From an uncultured Fibrobacteria bacterium (GTDB taxonomy: Bacteria; Fibrobacterota; Fibrobacteria; UBA11236): DNA of 64,000 nucleotides. This document shows positions 1 to 10,444 of this stretch, in pieces. The translations under genes and the position numbers were made by a program. The DNA lies in assembly GCA_963716395.1 (NCBI GenBank), contig OY970309.1, positions 1,056,001 to 1,120,000 of the forward strand, in the 5' to 3' direction. The notes beneath the pieces are model-generated. The model worked only from the letters and a program-made list of their open reading frames with translations. It made no database searches and was not told the DNA's origin. The number at the start of each line of letters is the position of its first letter. The first letter of the stretch is position 1.

Positions 1-203
1 TTACAGGCCCGGCAAAGAAGGTGAAGGTTTTCCAAACGGTTATTTTGCTTGCTGCCGTCCAGGTGGTCAAGGGTTCTTTCCCTTGGCTTGAACTGGGTTT
101 TATGGCATAGCAGGCAAATATCGCCATCGCGGTGAATGACAGAATCCAAAAGCGTCCGATAAAGTTTGATATTCATGCGCTTAGGCATTGTATTCGCCCC
201 CAT
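1..203 (-). CDS. HNH endonuclease (runs off the left edge; not in the ORF track)
   Basis: Manual translation from ATG at 203: MGANTMPKRMNIKLYRTLLDSVIHRDGDICLLCHKTQFKPRERTLDHLDGSKQNNRLENLHLLCRAC. This gives the RDxxxCxxC...DH...N..NL..LCxxC HNH signature; AGAGAG lies upstream. Confidence 0.85.
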   Translation of the reverse strand, partial: MGANTMPKRMNIKLYRTLLDSVIHRDGDICLLCHKTQFKPRERTLDHLDGSKQNNRLENLHLLCRAC

Positions 204-317
204 GCTCTCTTGTGTTAAACATGACCACAATCAACCATCAAGAGGCCGGAAGTGCGATACCATGGCGGTTGATGTACCGACATCTATCGCTCTTTAAATT
301 GCCCTGGGAGGCTACTA

Positions 318-1205
318 TTGCAGGGTAATTGGGAGTATGAAATGGACGATGCAATAGAGGACAGCGCAAATAAAGAAAGTCTTACCGAGACAGGAAAAAA
401 ACTGAGCAAGGAAGAGCTCTATAAAAGATATCATGACATCCCCGATGGTTTTTCGGATTGGGTGTATTGGTTTGTTGACCGAACGGATGAAAAAGCAAAG
501 GAACTTGTAGACATTCTTTTCAAGAGGTTTTATGAGGCTGAGTATTCCAGCCCTGAGCAAGAGGAAAAAGCCGGGAAAAAATTCGACTCGGATTTTGACG
601 AGAACATTTTGGCGCATTGGAAAAATGCGCGTTTCAATTTTGAATTAACCGTCCTTTATAGGATGAAGCAAGAACGGAAGTTTCTATTTGGAACCGAGGA
701 TTTTATTTGGGGCAAAGCCTTCCTTGAAAAGAAGGTGCAATGGTGTCAAGACAGCATTGAAAACAAGAAAAAGAATGCGGGCCAAATCGGCCTTGACGGA
801 AATACTTTACGTTCCCGGATGAAATGGCGCGGGTACAATGCGGCATTTGTTTCGTTTTTGAATTACTTGGCTGAGAAGCAACTGATTGATCCAAATTGGG
901 TAAACGTATCAGAAGGTTCGGCGGTTGAAAAAGCGGATACGAAAATCATTTGGCGCGGAAAGGAAAATCAATTGGCCGTCTTATTCCAATGGCTTGCCGC
1001 GATTAGCCCGCCGATGATAACCGAAGACTGGCAGCAAATCGCAAGTACAAATTTTGAAAAGCCCGACGGAAAGCCCATTTCAAAAAATCTCTCCAAGTTG
1101 GCGGGGAACAAGAACGGGCGGAAGCTAAACGAGTGGTTTAAAGAAACGACTAGCAAATTAAATTCCGTTCTTGGGCGAAAGCAAAATCTTGTCCCCGAAA
1201 GTTGA
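318..1205 (+). CDS. Hypothetical island protein, AT-rich
   Basis: 295-aa ORF with no catalytic motif I recognise; true start may be the ATG at 342. Confidence 0.7.
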   Translation: MQGNWEYEMDDAIEDSANKESLTETGKKLSKEELYKRYHDIPDGFSDWVYWFVDRTDEKAKELVDILFKRFYEAEYSSPEQEEKAGKKFDSDFDENILAHWKNARFNFELTVLYRMKQERKFLFGTEDFIWGKAFLEKKVQWCQDSIENKKKNAGQIGLDGNTLRSRMKWRGYNAAFVSFLNYLAEKQLIDPNWVNVSEGSAVEKADTKIIWRGKENQLAVLFQWLAAISPPMITEDWQQIASTNFEKPDGKPISKNLSKLAGNKNGRKLNEWFKETTSKLNSVLGRKQNLVPES

Positions 1206-1270
1206 ATTAAAGGCTTTTTCTAAAATCCTACTTAGAATTGTGACGCCATAAAATCCGAGAACAATAACCC

Positions 1271-3561
1271 ATGCCCCGACTGACTGAAACCGAACAGCAA
1301 GAAATCATCCGCTTCGTTGAAGCCGGAAAACCCCTGCCCGACAAATACCGCTTTCTGCTATTCGACGACAAACGCGAGGTGGAACTGATTTGGAACGGCA
1401 AAACCAACGAGGTTTGCAATATCGTTTTGCCCTTCCAGGTAATCGAGCAGGTGGACGAACCCCGCGCCGAAAAGCCCGAAGACACCAAGCAACAAACCGA
1501 CATTTTCGCCACCGATGCGCGGGGCCGTCAACTCAAGGGTTGGACGAACAAACTCATTTGGGGCGACAACAAATTGATCTTGTCGTCGTTAAAAAACGGG
1601 CCGCTACGCGATGAAATCGAAAAGCAAGGCGGGCTTAAACTCATTTACATCGACCCGCCTTTTGACGTGGGCGCGGATTTTTCAATGGACATTGAAATCG
1701 GCGACGATACTTTCACCAAGAAGCCCGGCATCTTGGAAGAGATCGCTTACCGTGACACTTGGGGCAAAGGCGCGGATTCTTTCATCTCTATGATTTATGA
1801 GCGGCTGATGATTATGCGGGATTTGCTGGCGGAAGATGGAAGCATTTATGTGCATTGCGATTATCGCGTGAATAGTCTTATTCGTGCGGTTCTTGAATGA
1901 AATCTTCGGGAGTTCAAATTTCCGTAAATGAAATAATTTGGAAACGTACGTGTTGGTGCTACAGCGCGGTTCATGAATCGAATAGATTCGGGATTTGTAC
2001 CGATACGATTCTTTATTTCTCAATATCTGAAAAATCGAATCTAAATGTTCAGTACAATCTCAATTCAAATGAATATCAGGAATATATTGAAACCAGGTTT
2101 ACAAACATTGATTCGAATGGTCGGAACGTTATCAGCCAACAAGTGTGGTCAATCCTGGATATCGGCCGAATCTCATATACGATTATAAAGGCTATAAATC
2201 CCCACCAAATGGTTGGATGATTTCCAAAGAAAAAATGGAGAATGGGATCGCGAAGGTCGACTTCACTTTCCTGAAAACAAGGACGCAAGAATTCGCCGAA
2301 AAAGTTTTACTGATGAACTCAAGGGTATGCCTATTCAAAATCTTTGGACGGATATTTCCGAAATCAATTCGCAAGCTATCGAGAGAATTAATTACCCCAC
2401 CCAAAAGCCCGAAACCCTTCTTGAACGATCATCAAATCATCTTCAAACAAGGCGATCTTAGTTGCCGATTTCTTCTGCGGCTCCGGCACCACGGCGGCGG
2501 TGGCGGAAAAGTTGGGGCGCAAGTGGATCACAAGCGACCTCGGCAAGTTCGCCATCCACACCACCCGCAAGCGATTGATCGGCGTACAGCGTGAACTCAA
2601 GGCCGCTGACAAAGATTACCGTGCTTTTGAAATCCTCAACCTGGGAAAATACGAACGCCAGCATTATATCGGCGTCAATCCCAACCTCCGCGAAGAAGAA
2701 CAGCAAAAGCAATTGGCGGCAAAAGAAAAAGAATTTCTTGATCTGATTCTCCGCGCCTACCGGGCCGAAAAAACCGAAGGGTTCACCACCTTCCACGGCA
2801 AGAAAGCCGGGCGGCTGGTTTCCGTGGGGCCGGTCAATATGCCGGTGACGCGCCTTTTTGTGGAAGAGATAATTCTGGAATGCCGCAAGAAGCATATCAC
2901 CAAGGTGGACATTCTCGGCTTTGAATTTGAAATGGGATTATTCCCCAATGTGCTGGACGAAGCCCGCGCCAAGGGCATCGACATCGCCCCCAAATACATT
3001 CCCGCCGAAGTGTTCGACAAGCGGGCCGTGGAAAAGAACCAAGTGGTTTTTCACGATGTTTCCTTTATCGAAGTAAAACCGCATGTCAAAAAGAACGGCG
3101 TGGCGGTGGAATTAACCGACTTCTCGGTTTTTTATTCGCAAGACTCCATCGCAGCCGCCGAAACTTCGCTCAAGGAAAAGGCCAGCAAAATCGTGGTGGA
3201 AAAAGGCCAAATCGTGAAGGTAAGCAAAGACAAGAACGGCATTGTCAGCCGCGAAGTGCTGACCCCGAAATGGACGGATTGGATCGATTATTGGTCGGTG
3301 GATTTCGACTTCGAGAGCAAGCGCGAAATCGTGCGCGTGAAAAACGAGCAAAGCGGCGAATGGGAAGAGCGCTGGACGGGCGATTACATCTTTGAAAACG
3401 AATGGCAATCCTTCCGCACCAAAAAAGATCGCAAGTTGGAACTCACCAGCGTCTTTCACGAATGCGATCCCGGACGGCGCAAGCTGGCCGTCAAGGTGGT
3501 GGACATTTTCGGCAACGACACCATGACCATAGTCGAAGTGAACGTGGGCGGGAAAAAATAA
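1271..3561 (+). CDS. mod: Type III R-M DNA methyltransferase (Mod), with several frameshifts at ~1895-2460
   Basis: IYIDPPF (motif IV) in 1271-1900; YPTQKPE and VADFFCGSGTT (motif I, ~2460); C-terminal KVVDIFGND. Fragments in different frames join into one Mod protein. Confidence 0.9.
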
Positions 3562-4374
3562 TGGCGAAAATCGAAGTCCAGGGCACAGAAATATCCATCA
3601 TCAACGTGAACAACCACGACTATATCTCGCTAACGGACATGCTCAAGGCCAAGGACGGAGATTTCTTTATCTCTGACTGGCTCCGGAACCGGAACACGGT
3701 GGAGTTTCTCGGTATTTGGGAAAGGGTGTATAACCCGAATTTTAATTATGGCGAATTCGCCGTAATTAGAAATCAAGCCGGTTTGAACAGCTACAAAGTC
3801 AGCGTCAAAGAATGGGTCGAGAAAACCGGGGCCATTGGACTAAAGGCAACCGCCGGACGGTATGGCGGTACTTACGCGCACAAGGACATAGCCTTTGAAT
3901 TCGGCATGTGGATCAGCGCCGAGTTCAAAATTTATCTGATAAAAGAATTTCAACGGCTTAAAGAAGAAGAAGGCAAACAACTCGGCTGGGACATCCGGCG
4001 CACCCTGGCCAAAATCAATTACCGGATTCACACCGACGCCGTCAAAGAAAATTTGATTCCTTTGGAGCTGACTCCCCGACAGATGAACTTGATTTACGCA
4101 TCGGAAGCCGACGTGTTGAACATGGCCCTGTTCGGTACAACCGCGAAGGTTTGGAGGGATAAAAATCCGGGTCAAAAGGGGAATATCCGGGACTACGCGA
4201 ACATAACCCAGCTTGTTTGTCTCTCCAACCTGGAAAACCTAAACGCCCTGTTCATTCAGGAAAAAATGCCGCAAGCAGATAGACTGCGTAAGCTGAACCA
4301 AATCGCCATCCATCAAATGAAACTTTTAACCGAAGATCCGAAAATCGGAAAAATTGCGGGGAAGAAATAATGGC
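3550..4374 (+). repeat. 16-bp direct repeat GGGAARAAATAATGGC flanking the KilA-N gene (3550-3565 and 4359-4374)
   Basis: GGGAAAAAATAATGGC vs GGGAAGAAATAATGGC, 15/16 identical; both upstream genes end GKK*. Confidence 0.7.
3561..4370 (+). CDS. KilA-N domain DNA-binding protein
   Basis: DYISLTDM...WLRNRNTVEFLGIWE...GRYGGTYAHKDIAFEF; TAATG stop/start coupling at both ends. Confidence 0.9.
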   Translation: MAKIEVQGTEISIINVNNHDYISLTDMLKAKDGDFFISDWLRNRNTVEFLGIWERVYNPNFNYGEFAVIRNQAGLNSYKVSVKEWVEKTGAIGLKATAGRYGGTYAHKDIAFEFGMWISAEFKIYLIKEFQRLKEEEGKQLGWDIRRTLAKINYRIHTDAVKENLIPLELTPRQMNLIYASEADVLNMALFGTTAKVWRDKNPGQKGNIRDYANITQLVCLSNLENLNALFIQEKMPQADRLRKLNQIAIHQMKLLTEDPKIGKIAGKK

Positions 4375-7069
4375 CTTGCATAAGGACTTCCCCTTTTCAC
4401 CTCATGCCATTTTAGATCCGGCCATTCGCTGGTTTCCGGCGGACGAGGCCTTGCGCGAGTCCAGCATGGAAAAACTCATGCCGCCTTTGGTGCCGGAATT
4501 GCGCAAGCTGGTGAAGGCATGGCGCGACGGCGGTTATGCCGGGGCCACGGAAACAAGCAGAAGCCTGCTCAATTGGTGGTTCACGACTCCGCATTTGTTG
4601 CCCAAAGGCGACGGCAACATGATTGAATTCCAATATTTCTTTGCCCAACGCGAAGCCTTGGAAACCATCGTCTATCTGTACGACGTGGTGGGAGTGAAGG
4701 ACAAATTCGACCTGATGCGCTTCGATAGCTCCGGCGCTGTGTCGGCGGGGATGTTCGACGAAACGTGGCGACGCTTCGTGGTTAAAATGGCGACCGGCGC
4801 GGGTAAGACCAAGGTGTTGAGTCTGGCCCTGGCCTGGAGTTTTTACCACAAGCTCTACGAGCCGGAATCGCAACTATCGCGGAACTTTCTGGTAATCGCT
4901 CCCAACATCATCGTCCTGGATCGCATTTACAAGGATTTCCAGGGCCTTCGCATTTTCTTTGACGACCCCATCATTCCCGACGACGGCTTTGACGGGCGAA
5001 ATTGGCGCGACGATTTCCAATTGACCTTGCATGTCCAGGACGAAGTCAGAATCACGCGCCCCACCGGCAATATCTTTCTGACCAACATCCACCGCGTTTA
5101 TGCCGGAGACGACATTCCCGCTTCGCCCGATGATGAAGACACGATGGATTATTTTCTTGGGTAAAAGGCCCACCGGCGCGACCACCGATTCCAAAGTGGA
5201 TTTGGGGATGATCGTGCGCGACATCGAAGAGCTAATGGTTCTCAACGACGAAGCGCACCATATTCACGATCCGCGCATGGCTTGGTTCAAATCCATTGAA
5301 GACATCCATAACCGGCTAAAGCAAAAAGGATCGGCGCTGTCTTTGCAAGTGGACGTGACCGCCACGCCCAAGCACAACAACGGCGCTATTTTCGTGCAAA
5401 CCGTGGCCGATTACCCTCTGGTGGAAGCCATTTGGCAAAACGTGGTTAAACATCCGGTCTTGCCCGATGCACCCAGCCGCGCCAAGTTGATCGAGCGTCA
5501 GAGCGCCAAATACACCGAAAAATATGCGGACTACATTAACCTTGGCGTGATCGAATGGCGCAAAGCCTATGCCGAACACGAAAAGCTGGGAAAGAAAGCC
5601 ATTCTGTTCGTGATGACGGACGATACCCGCAACTGCGACGACGTGGCCGAATATCTGGAAGGCAACTATCCCGATTTGAAAGGCGCGGTGCTGGTCATTC
5701 ACACCAAGAAGAACGGTGAGATTTCCGAATCCACTTCGGGCAAGGACAAGGAAGAGTTACAGAAATTGCGCGACCAAGCCAATGCAATCGACGGTTTGGA
5801 CAGCCCCTACAAGGCCATTATTTCCGTGATGATGCTCAAAGAGGGTTGGGACGTTCGCAACGTCACCACCATCGTCGGCCTTCGCGCCTATGCCGCCAAA
5901 AGCAATATCCTACCGGAGCAAACTTTGGGGCGCGGCCTGCGCAAAATGTATCCCGGCGGAGTGGAAGAATATGTCAGCGTGGTCGGCACGCAATGCCTTC
6001 ATGGATTTCGTGGAATCCATAAAGGCCGAAGGCGTGGAATTGGAGCAAAAGCCGATGGGCGAAGGCACCAAGCCGAAAACCCCGCTTGTGGTTGAAGTTG
6101 ACAAGGAAAACGAGAAAAAAGACATCGACGGCCTTGGACATCGAAATCCCGGTTCTGACACCGCGCGTTTATCGGGAATACAAGAACCTGACCGATCTGA
6201 ACACCGACGCATTAAATCACGTCAAGGTCGCCTACCGGCAATTCAGCGAAGAAGAACAGCGGGAGATCGTTTTCAAGGACATCACCACCGGCGAAGTGAC
6301 GCATACCACGATTCTTGAAACGGCGGGCATTGCCGATTATCGCAGCGTGATCGGCTATTTCACGCAAACCATCATGAAGGATTTGCGCTTGGTCAGCGGC
6401 TATGACGTTCTCTACGGCAAGGTCAAAGCGTTTGTGCAAGACGAGCTATTTGATCGCGCCGTGGAATTGGAAAGCCCGAACACCTTGCGCAACCTTTCGG
6501 AATTGGCCGCCACAAAAACTTTGATTGAGACTTTCAAAAAAGCGATCAACGCTCTAACCGTGCAGGACAAAGGCGACGCCGAAATCCGCGACACCATCAA
6601 GCTACGACAGACGCGGCCTTTTGTGGTCAAAGATCAGGGCTACCTAATCCCGAAAAAGAGCGTCTTCAATCGCATCATTGGAGACAGCCATTTTGAATTG
6701 CTTTTTCCAAGTTTCCTGGAAGCGTGCGACGACGTGGTCTCCTATGCCAAGAATTATTTTGCCGTGAATTTCAAGCTGGACTACGTGAACGCAGATGGCG
6801 ACATCTCCAACTATTACCCGGATTTTCTGGTCAAGCTGGCCGACAAGCGGATTTTCATCGTCGAAACCAAAGGTCAGGAAGACCTAGACGTGCCGCAAAA
6901 AATGGAGCGGCTTCGGCAATGGTGCGAAGACATTAACCGGGTACAGAAAAACGTGAAATACGACTTTGTTTACGTGGACCAAGAGAGCTTTGAGAGATAC
7001 AAGCCGGGGTCGTTCCTGCAATTGGTTGAGGGGTTTCGGGAGTACAAAGTGGAAGGGGAAGGGGAATAA
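4370..7069 (+). CDS. res: Type III restriction endonuclease (Res), with three apparent +1 frameshifts (~5160, ~5990, ~6130)
   Basis: MATGAGKT (Walker A), DEAHH, TATP, EGWDV, QTLGRGLR, and C-terminal YYPDFLV...IVETKG PD-(D/E)xK nuclease. Confidence 0.9.
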
Positions 7070-7120
7070 GATTGGAATGAGAAATAATTCAAGCCTCGGT
7101 ATAACATGGCCGCTTAAACG

Positions 7121-7151
7121 GTCCATGTTAAAGGCGGCCTTTAACATGGAC
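7121..7151. promoter_or_regulatory. Perfect inverted repeat GTCCATGTTAAAGGC-G-GCCTTTAACATGGAC upstream of fic; probable operator
   Basis: 15-bp perfect arms with a 1-nt spacer; additional TATAACATG copies at ~7100 and over the fic start codon. Confidence 0.65.
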
Positions 7152-7186
7152 AAAGCGCGCATGACTTATGGAAGGTCGGCTATAAC

Positions 7187-8389
7187 ATGAAAACCCCACA
7201 GGTTTTCAAAACGTCGGGGCGGGCCGGGCAATATCTCGCACAACCCACAGGGTATCGGGCCTTTATCCCTGCGCCGTTACCGCCGAATCCGTCGCTAAAA
7301 CTGGAAGGCGCATTTCAAACCATGCTTTCGGATGCAAGCCTGGCTTTAGGCCGCCTGGACGGTTCAGTATTGACCCTCCCCCATCCCGACCTATTCGTGT
7401 TCATGTATGTGCGCAAGGAGGCCGTGCTCTCTAGTCAAATCGAAGGCACCCAAAGTTCGCTGCAAGACCTACTGGCCGCTGAGGCGCGCATTTTGTCGCC
7501 GGATCGTCCCAGTGATGTGCGGGAAGTGATCAACTACATCGAAGCCATGAACTACGGCTTGAATCGGCTGAAGGATCTACCGGTTTCAGTACGCATGATT
7601 AAGGAAATCCACGAAAAGCTCCTTCGGGGCGTTCGTGGTGGCCGGCTTACTCCCGGTGAATTACGGAGTAGCCAGAATTGGATAGGCCCTTCCGGGTGTT
7701 CCCTCAATGAAGCGACCTTCGTCCCTCCTCCCCCCGATCAGTTGCCGAATGTCTTGGGTGAACTGGAAAAGTTCATACACAGCCGGGAGGATATGCCGTT
7801 ACTTATCAAGGTGGGATTAGCCCACGCTCAATTTGAGACCATTCATCCTTTTCTGGACGGCAATGGTAGAGTGGGTCGTCTGCTCATTAGCTTTTTGCTA
7901 TGCGAGCGAGGAGTGTTGCACAAGCCCGTCCTTTACCTGTCACATTATCTCAAGCGTCACAGGCAAGAATACTACGATAGGCTCCAGGCGATACGCGATT
8001 CGGGAGACTGGGAAGGGTGGCTTGAATTTTTTTTGAAGGGAATCATCGAAGTCAGCAAGCAAGCTACCGAAACCGCACGGAGCATTCTGAGATTACGCGA
8101 AAATCTGCGCGATAGCATTACCCGGAATCTTGGCGGAGTTGCCGGCAATGGTCTCAAGGTGCTAGAACACCTTTTCCGGCACCCGATAATAAGCGTCAAT
8201 GAGGTAAAGACGTTGACCGGTACAACATTCGCCGCGGCTAACCAATTGGTGCAACGGTTAGTAGAGTACCGGGTCATTCGGGAGATGACTGGACAAGCGC
8301 GGCATCGCCGTTTCCAATTCGACGATTATGTGGCCCTATTTATCGATGAAACAGGTGGAGGAGCGAGAGCATTGCAAGCGACGGAATAG
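7187..8389 (+). CDS. Fic family protein (N-terminal SSQIEG inhibitory motif, probable C-terminal HTH)
   Basis: Canonical HPFLDGNGRVGR Fic motif; SSQIEG. Confidence 0.93.
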   Translation: MKTPQVFKTSGRAGQYLAQPTGYRAFIPAPLPPNPSLKLEGAFQTMLSDASLALGRLDGSVLTLPHPDLFVFMYVRKEAVLSSQIEGTQSSLQDLLAAEARILSPDRPSDVREVINYIEAMNYGLNRLKDLPVSVRMIKEIHEKLLRGVRGGRLTPGELRSSQNWIGPSGCSLNEATFVPPPPDQLPNVLGELEKFIHSREDMPLLIKVGLAHAQFETIHPFLDGNGRVGRLLISFLLCERGVLHKPVLYLSHYLKRHRQEYYDRLQAIRDSGDWEGWLEFFLKGIIEVSKQATETARSILRLRENLRDSITRNLGGVAGNGLKVLEHLFRHPIISVNEVKTLTGTTFAAANQLVQRLVEYRVIREMTGQARHRRFQFDDYVALFIDETGGGARALQATE

Positions 8390-8439
8390 TTCAAGGCTCG
8401 TTCCCCAAGTATTAAAAGTCGTATTTGATGTGGCCAATC

Positions 8440-9060
8440 TCAAAAGAAAATCTCGTTTGCAAGTTCGCCAAACTTCATCCTCATCGCTTGAATGGATCGG
8501 CCCGCAAAGTCATTGTGTTTGTCGATTAACCGCTCGAAAGTTTTCCAACGCATCCACTTTGGCTTATTACCGGGAGGGTTCACCATTCCCGGCTCCCAAC
8601 CTAAACGCGTTCGGATTTTGTCCGCCTGGTTTGATAAACGATCCCAAGCTCCTTGGCGCGAACTGAGATAGGTCAGACGATAGCAATGGCGACAGGCGAA
8701 ATACTTGTCGCCCAAATGGAGAATTGCCACACGCCGACCACAGCCTACAATCGGGCACCGAAACCAAACCCGATGGCCGCCGTAAGTGCCCCGTGTAGTG
8801 TCCAGGGTGATCGGTTCCTCGATGCTTTCCCATTCACCCCCGCCTTGGCGGATACGGTAGATTAACGTCACTTTTCCTTCTTCAGTTTTGACCTGAATAT
8901 CCGCCACTTTCTTGCCGTCCACGGTCCATTGCCATCCAAACCAATTAAAGGACGTAAGGTAACCCTCCCGTTGCCAGCGGCGCACGTCTATACGACGGCA
9001 AGACTCAACGGTATTGCGAGCGCCATAGTGCCAGTAATTTCCGCTACCTAGTCCGCCCAT
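8440..9060 (-). CDS. Zn-ribbon protein of a type found in mobile elements
   Basis: MGGLGSG start; WFRCP...CGRRV...FACRHC (two Cys pairs). Confidence 0.75.
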   Translation of the reverse strand: MGGLGSGNYWHYGARNTVESCRRIDVRRWQREGYLTSFNWFGWQWTVDGKKVADIQVKTEEGKVTLIYRIRQGGGEWESIEEPITLDTTRGTYGGHRVWFRCPIVGCGRRVAILHLGDKYFACRHCYRLTYLSSRQGAWDRLSNQADKIRTRLGWEPGMVNPPGNKPKWMRWKTFERLIDKHNDFAGRSIQAMRMKFGELANEIFF

Positions 9061-9441
9061 AAGATTTTGCCGCAATTATTTGGTTAACTGCTATTTCGGG
9101 AACCAGTTCTTTTTTAAGACTGGCTAAATCCCAAAGCGATAGCCAAAGTTCACCCTTGAAAGGTTTGGAAACACTCCCGTTTAAGTGTCCAGTTCCTGCC
9201 TTGTTTCCCCTGGGATTTAGTCGGCAATGGTTGAGCCTAAACCGGGCTGGAAAGCCTGTCTCTATTGGTTTAGCCGCTACCGAAGACCTGCCCAAGGCAC
9301 CCGGTGAAACGGTTGTTTTTGGGTGTCCACAAAGCGTCCACTTTCTCGGAGTTGTGCGGGGTATTTGGGGGGTTGAAAGGCTTATCACCTTGACCCCCAA
9401 TGCCTGAATTTTCCCGGAATCTTTTCTTTTACGCGGTTTCG

Positions 9442-9518
9442 TGGTGCACCTCGAGGGATTCGAACCCCCAACCCTTGGCTTCGAAGGCCAGTACTCTATC
9501 CAGTTGAGCTAGAGGTGC
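9442..9518 (-). tRNA. tRNA-Arg (anticodon UCG)
   Basis: Reverse complement GCACCTCTAGCTCAACTGGATAGAGTACTGGCCTTCGAAGCCAAGGGTTGGGGGTTCGAATCCCTCGAGGTGCACCA: acceptor GCACCTC/GAGGTGC, anticodon loop CTTCGAA, TTCGAAT T-loop, encoded CCA. Confidence 0.97.
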
Positions 9519-9684
9519 CTGCCGGGAAAAGGTAGTCGCCTTTTGCACGGCTCTCCGCAACGGCTTTTCCGCAGTCCGCTTGTCTCCCGTTCAGATCGCA
9601 AAGCTGGAATCGTTTGCTTTTTCTTGCCCGGATACACGCAGGGGCCAAATGGAAAACCGGGCGGCCTGGTTCCATACGTTGAGA

Positions 9685-10443
9685 TTACGGGTTCTCCGTT
9701 TGGACCGATGTGGCGTTAAAGGCTTTGAAGAAATCGGCCGCCAAGCGCTGGTATAAATCCGGGTTATGTTCGAGGTCGATGACGGCCAGCGGCATTCCCG
9801 ATCGGTCCGCATAGGTTTCGGCCGTATCCAGGGATTCGCCGCGGGCCCAAGGCGTCGGGTAAAACTTGACCTGCAAATGGTACGCATCGCCCACCTGCCA
9901 CAAGTCGAGTTGATTTTGATCATAGATGAGGTTTAAGCGGTAGATATCCGGCAACTGGAAAAGAAAGCGCGTTTGTCCGGCGCCCACGTCCAAAGTTCCC
10001 TTGATGTATCCGTGATCGGCGAAGGAGGCAAAATCAACGGTGTCGGGATTCAAGGGAATGTGATCGGGGACGCGGCTTTTGAATTTCACCTGTTCCCAGG
10101 CGATGCCGGGCACTTGCAGGGGCGGCAATACCGCCGTCGTATCCTGATGGGTGAAATCCACGGGAATCCCCAGCGAATCCACGGCGCTCCACAAGGTGCC
10201 GTTGGTTTTTTCCACCGTGCGATACGTGATGACCACCACGTTTAAATAAAACTGGAGGATGCGCACCGAGTCTGCGGGCGCCGCGCGGTTCTGGGTTTTT
10301 GCCAGCGGCGGCGGGTTGGCCGTATAGTCGATGCTGAAATCCGCCGTGACTTCCTGATCCTTGCCGGGATTGCCCACCTCCGTGAAGCAGGCTGCCAGCA
10401 GGCAGGCCGTGAGAACACGGAGAATGCGTCCGGCGCGTTTCAA
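9685..10443 (-). CDS. Putative lipoprotein
   Basis: Signal peptide with LLAAC lipobox followed by TEVGNP; starts immediately after the TIGR02147 gene. Confidence 0.75.
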   Translation of the reverse strand: MKRAGRILRVLTACLLAACFTEVGNPGKDQEVTADFSIDYTANPPPLAKTQNRAAPADSVRILQFYLNVVVITYRTVEKTNGTLWSAVDSLGIPVDFTHQDTTAVLPPLQVPGIAWEQVKFKSRVPDHIPLNPDTVDFASFADHGYIKGTLDVGAGQTRFLFQLPDIYRLNLIYDQNQLDLWQVGDAYHLQVKFYPTPWARGESLDTAETYADRSGMPLAVIDLEHNPDLYQRLAADFFKAFNATSVQTENP

Positions 10444-10444
10444 G

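Larger units (their letters stand above)
1..9441. mobile_element. Right part of a genomic (defence) island at the 3' end of tRNA-Arg
   Basis: Lower GC than the core; R-M, HNH and Fic cargo; abuts the tRNA CCA end. The integrase and second att site are not in this window. Confidence 0.75.

Noticed and set aside
1271-3561. SSR-driven phase-variable mod (phasevarion)
   Set aside because: No simple-sequence repeat tract; the indels are scattered single bases.
4370-7069. Programmed frameshifting or a confirmed res pseudogene
   Set aside because: Three isolated +1 insertions with intact motifs and no in-frame decay look like long-read consensus errors; this cannot be decided without reads.
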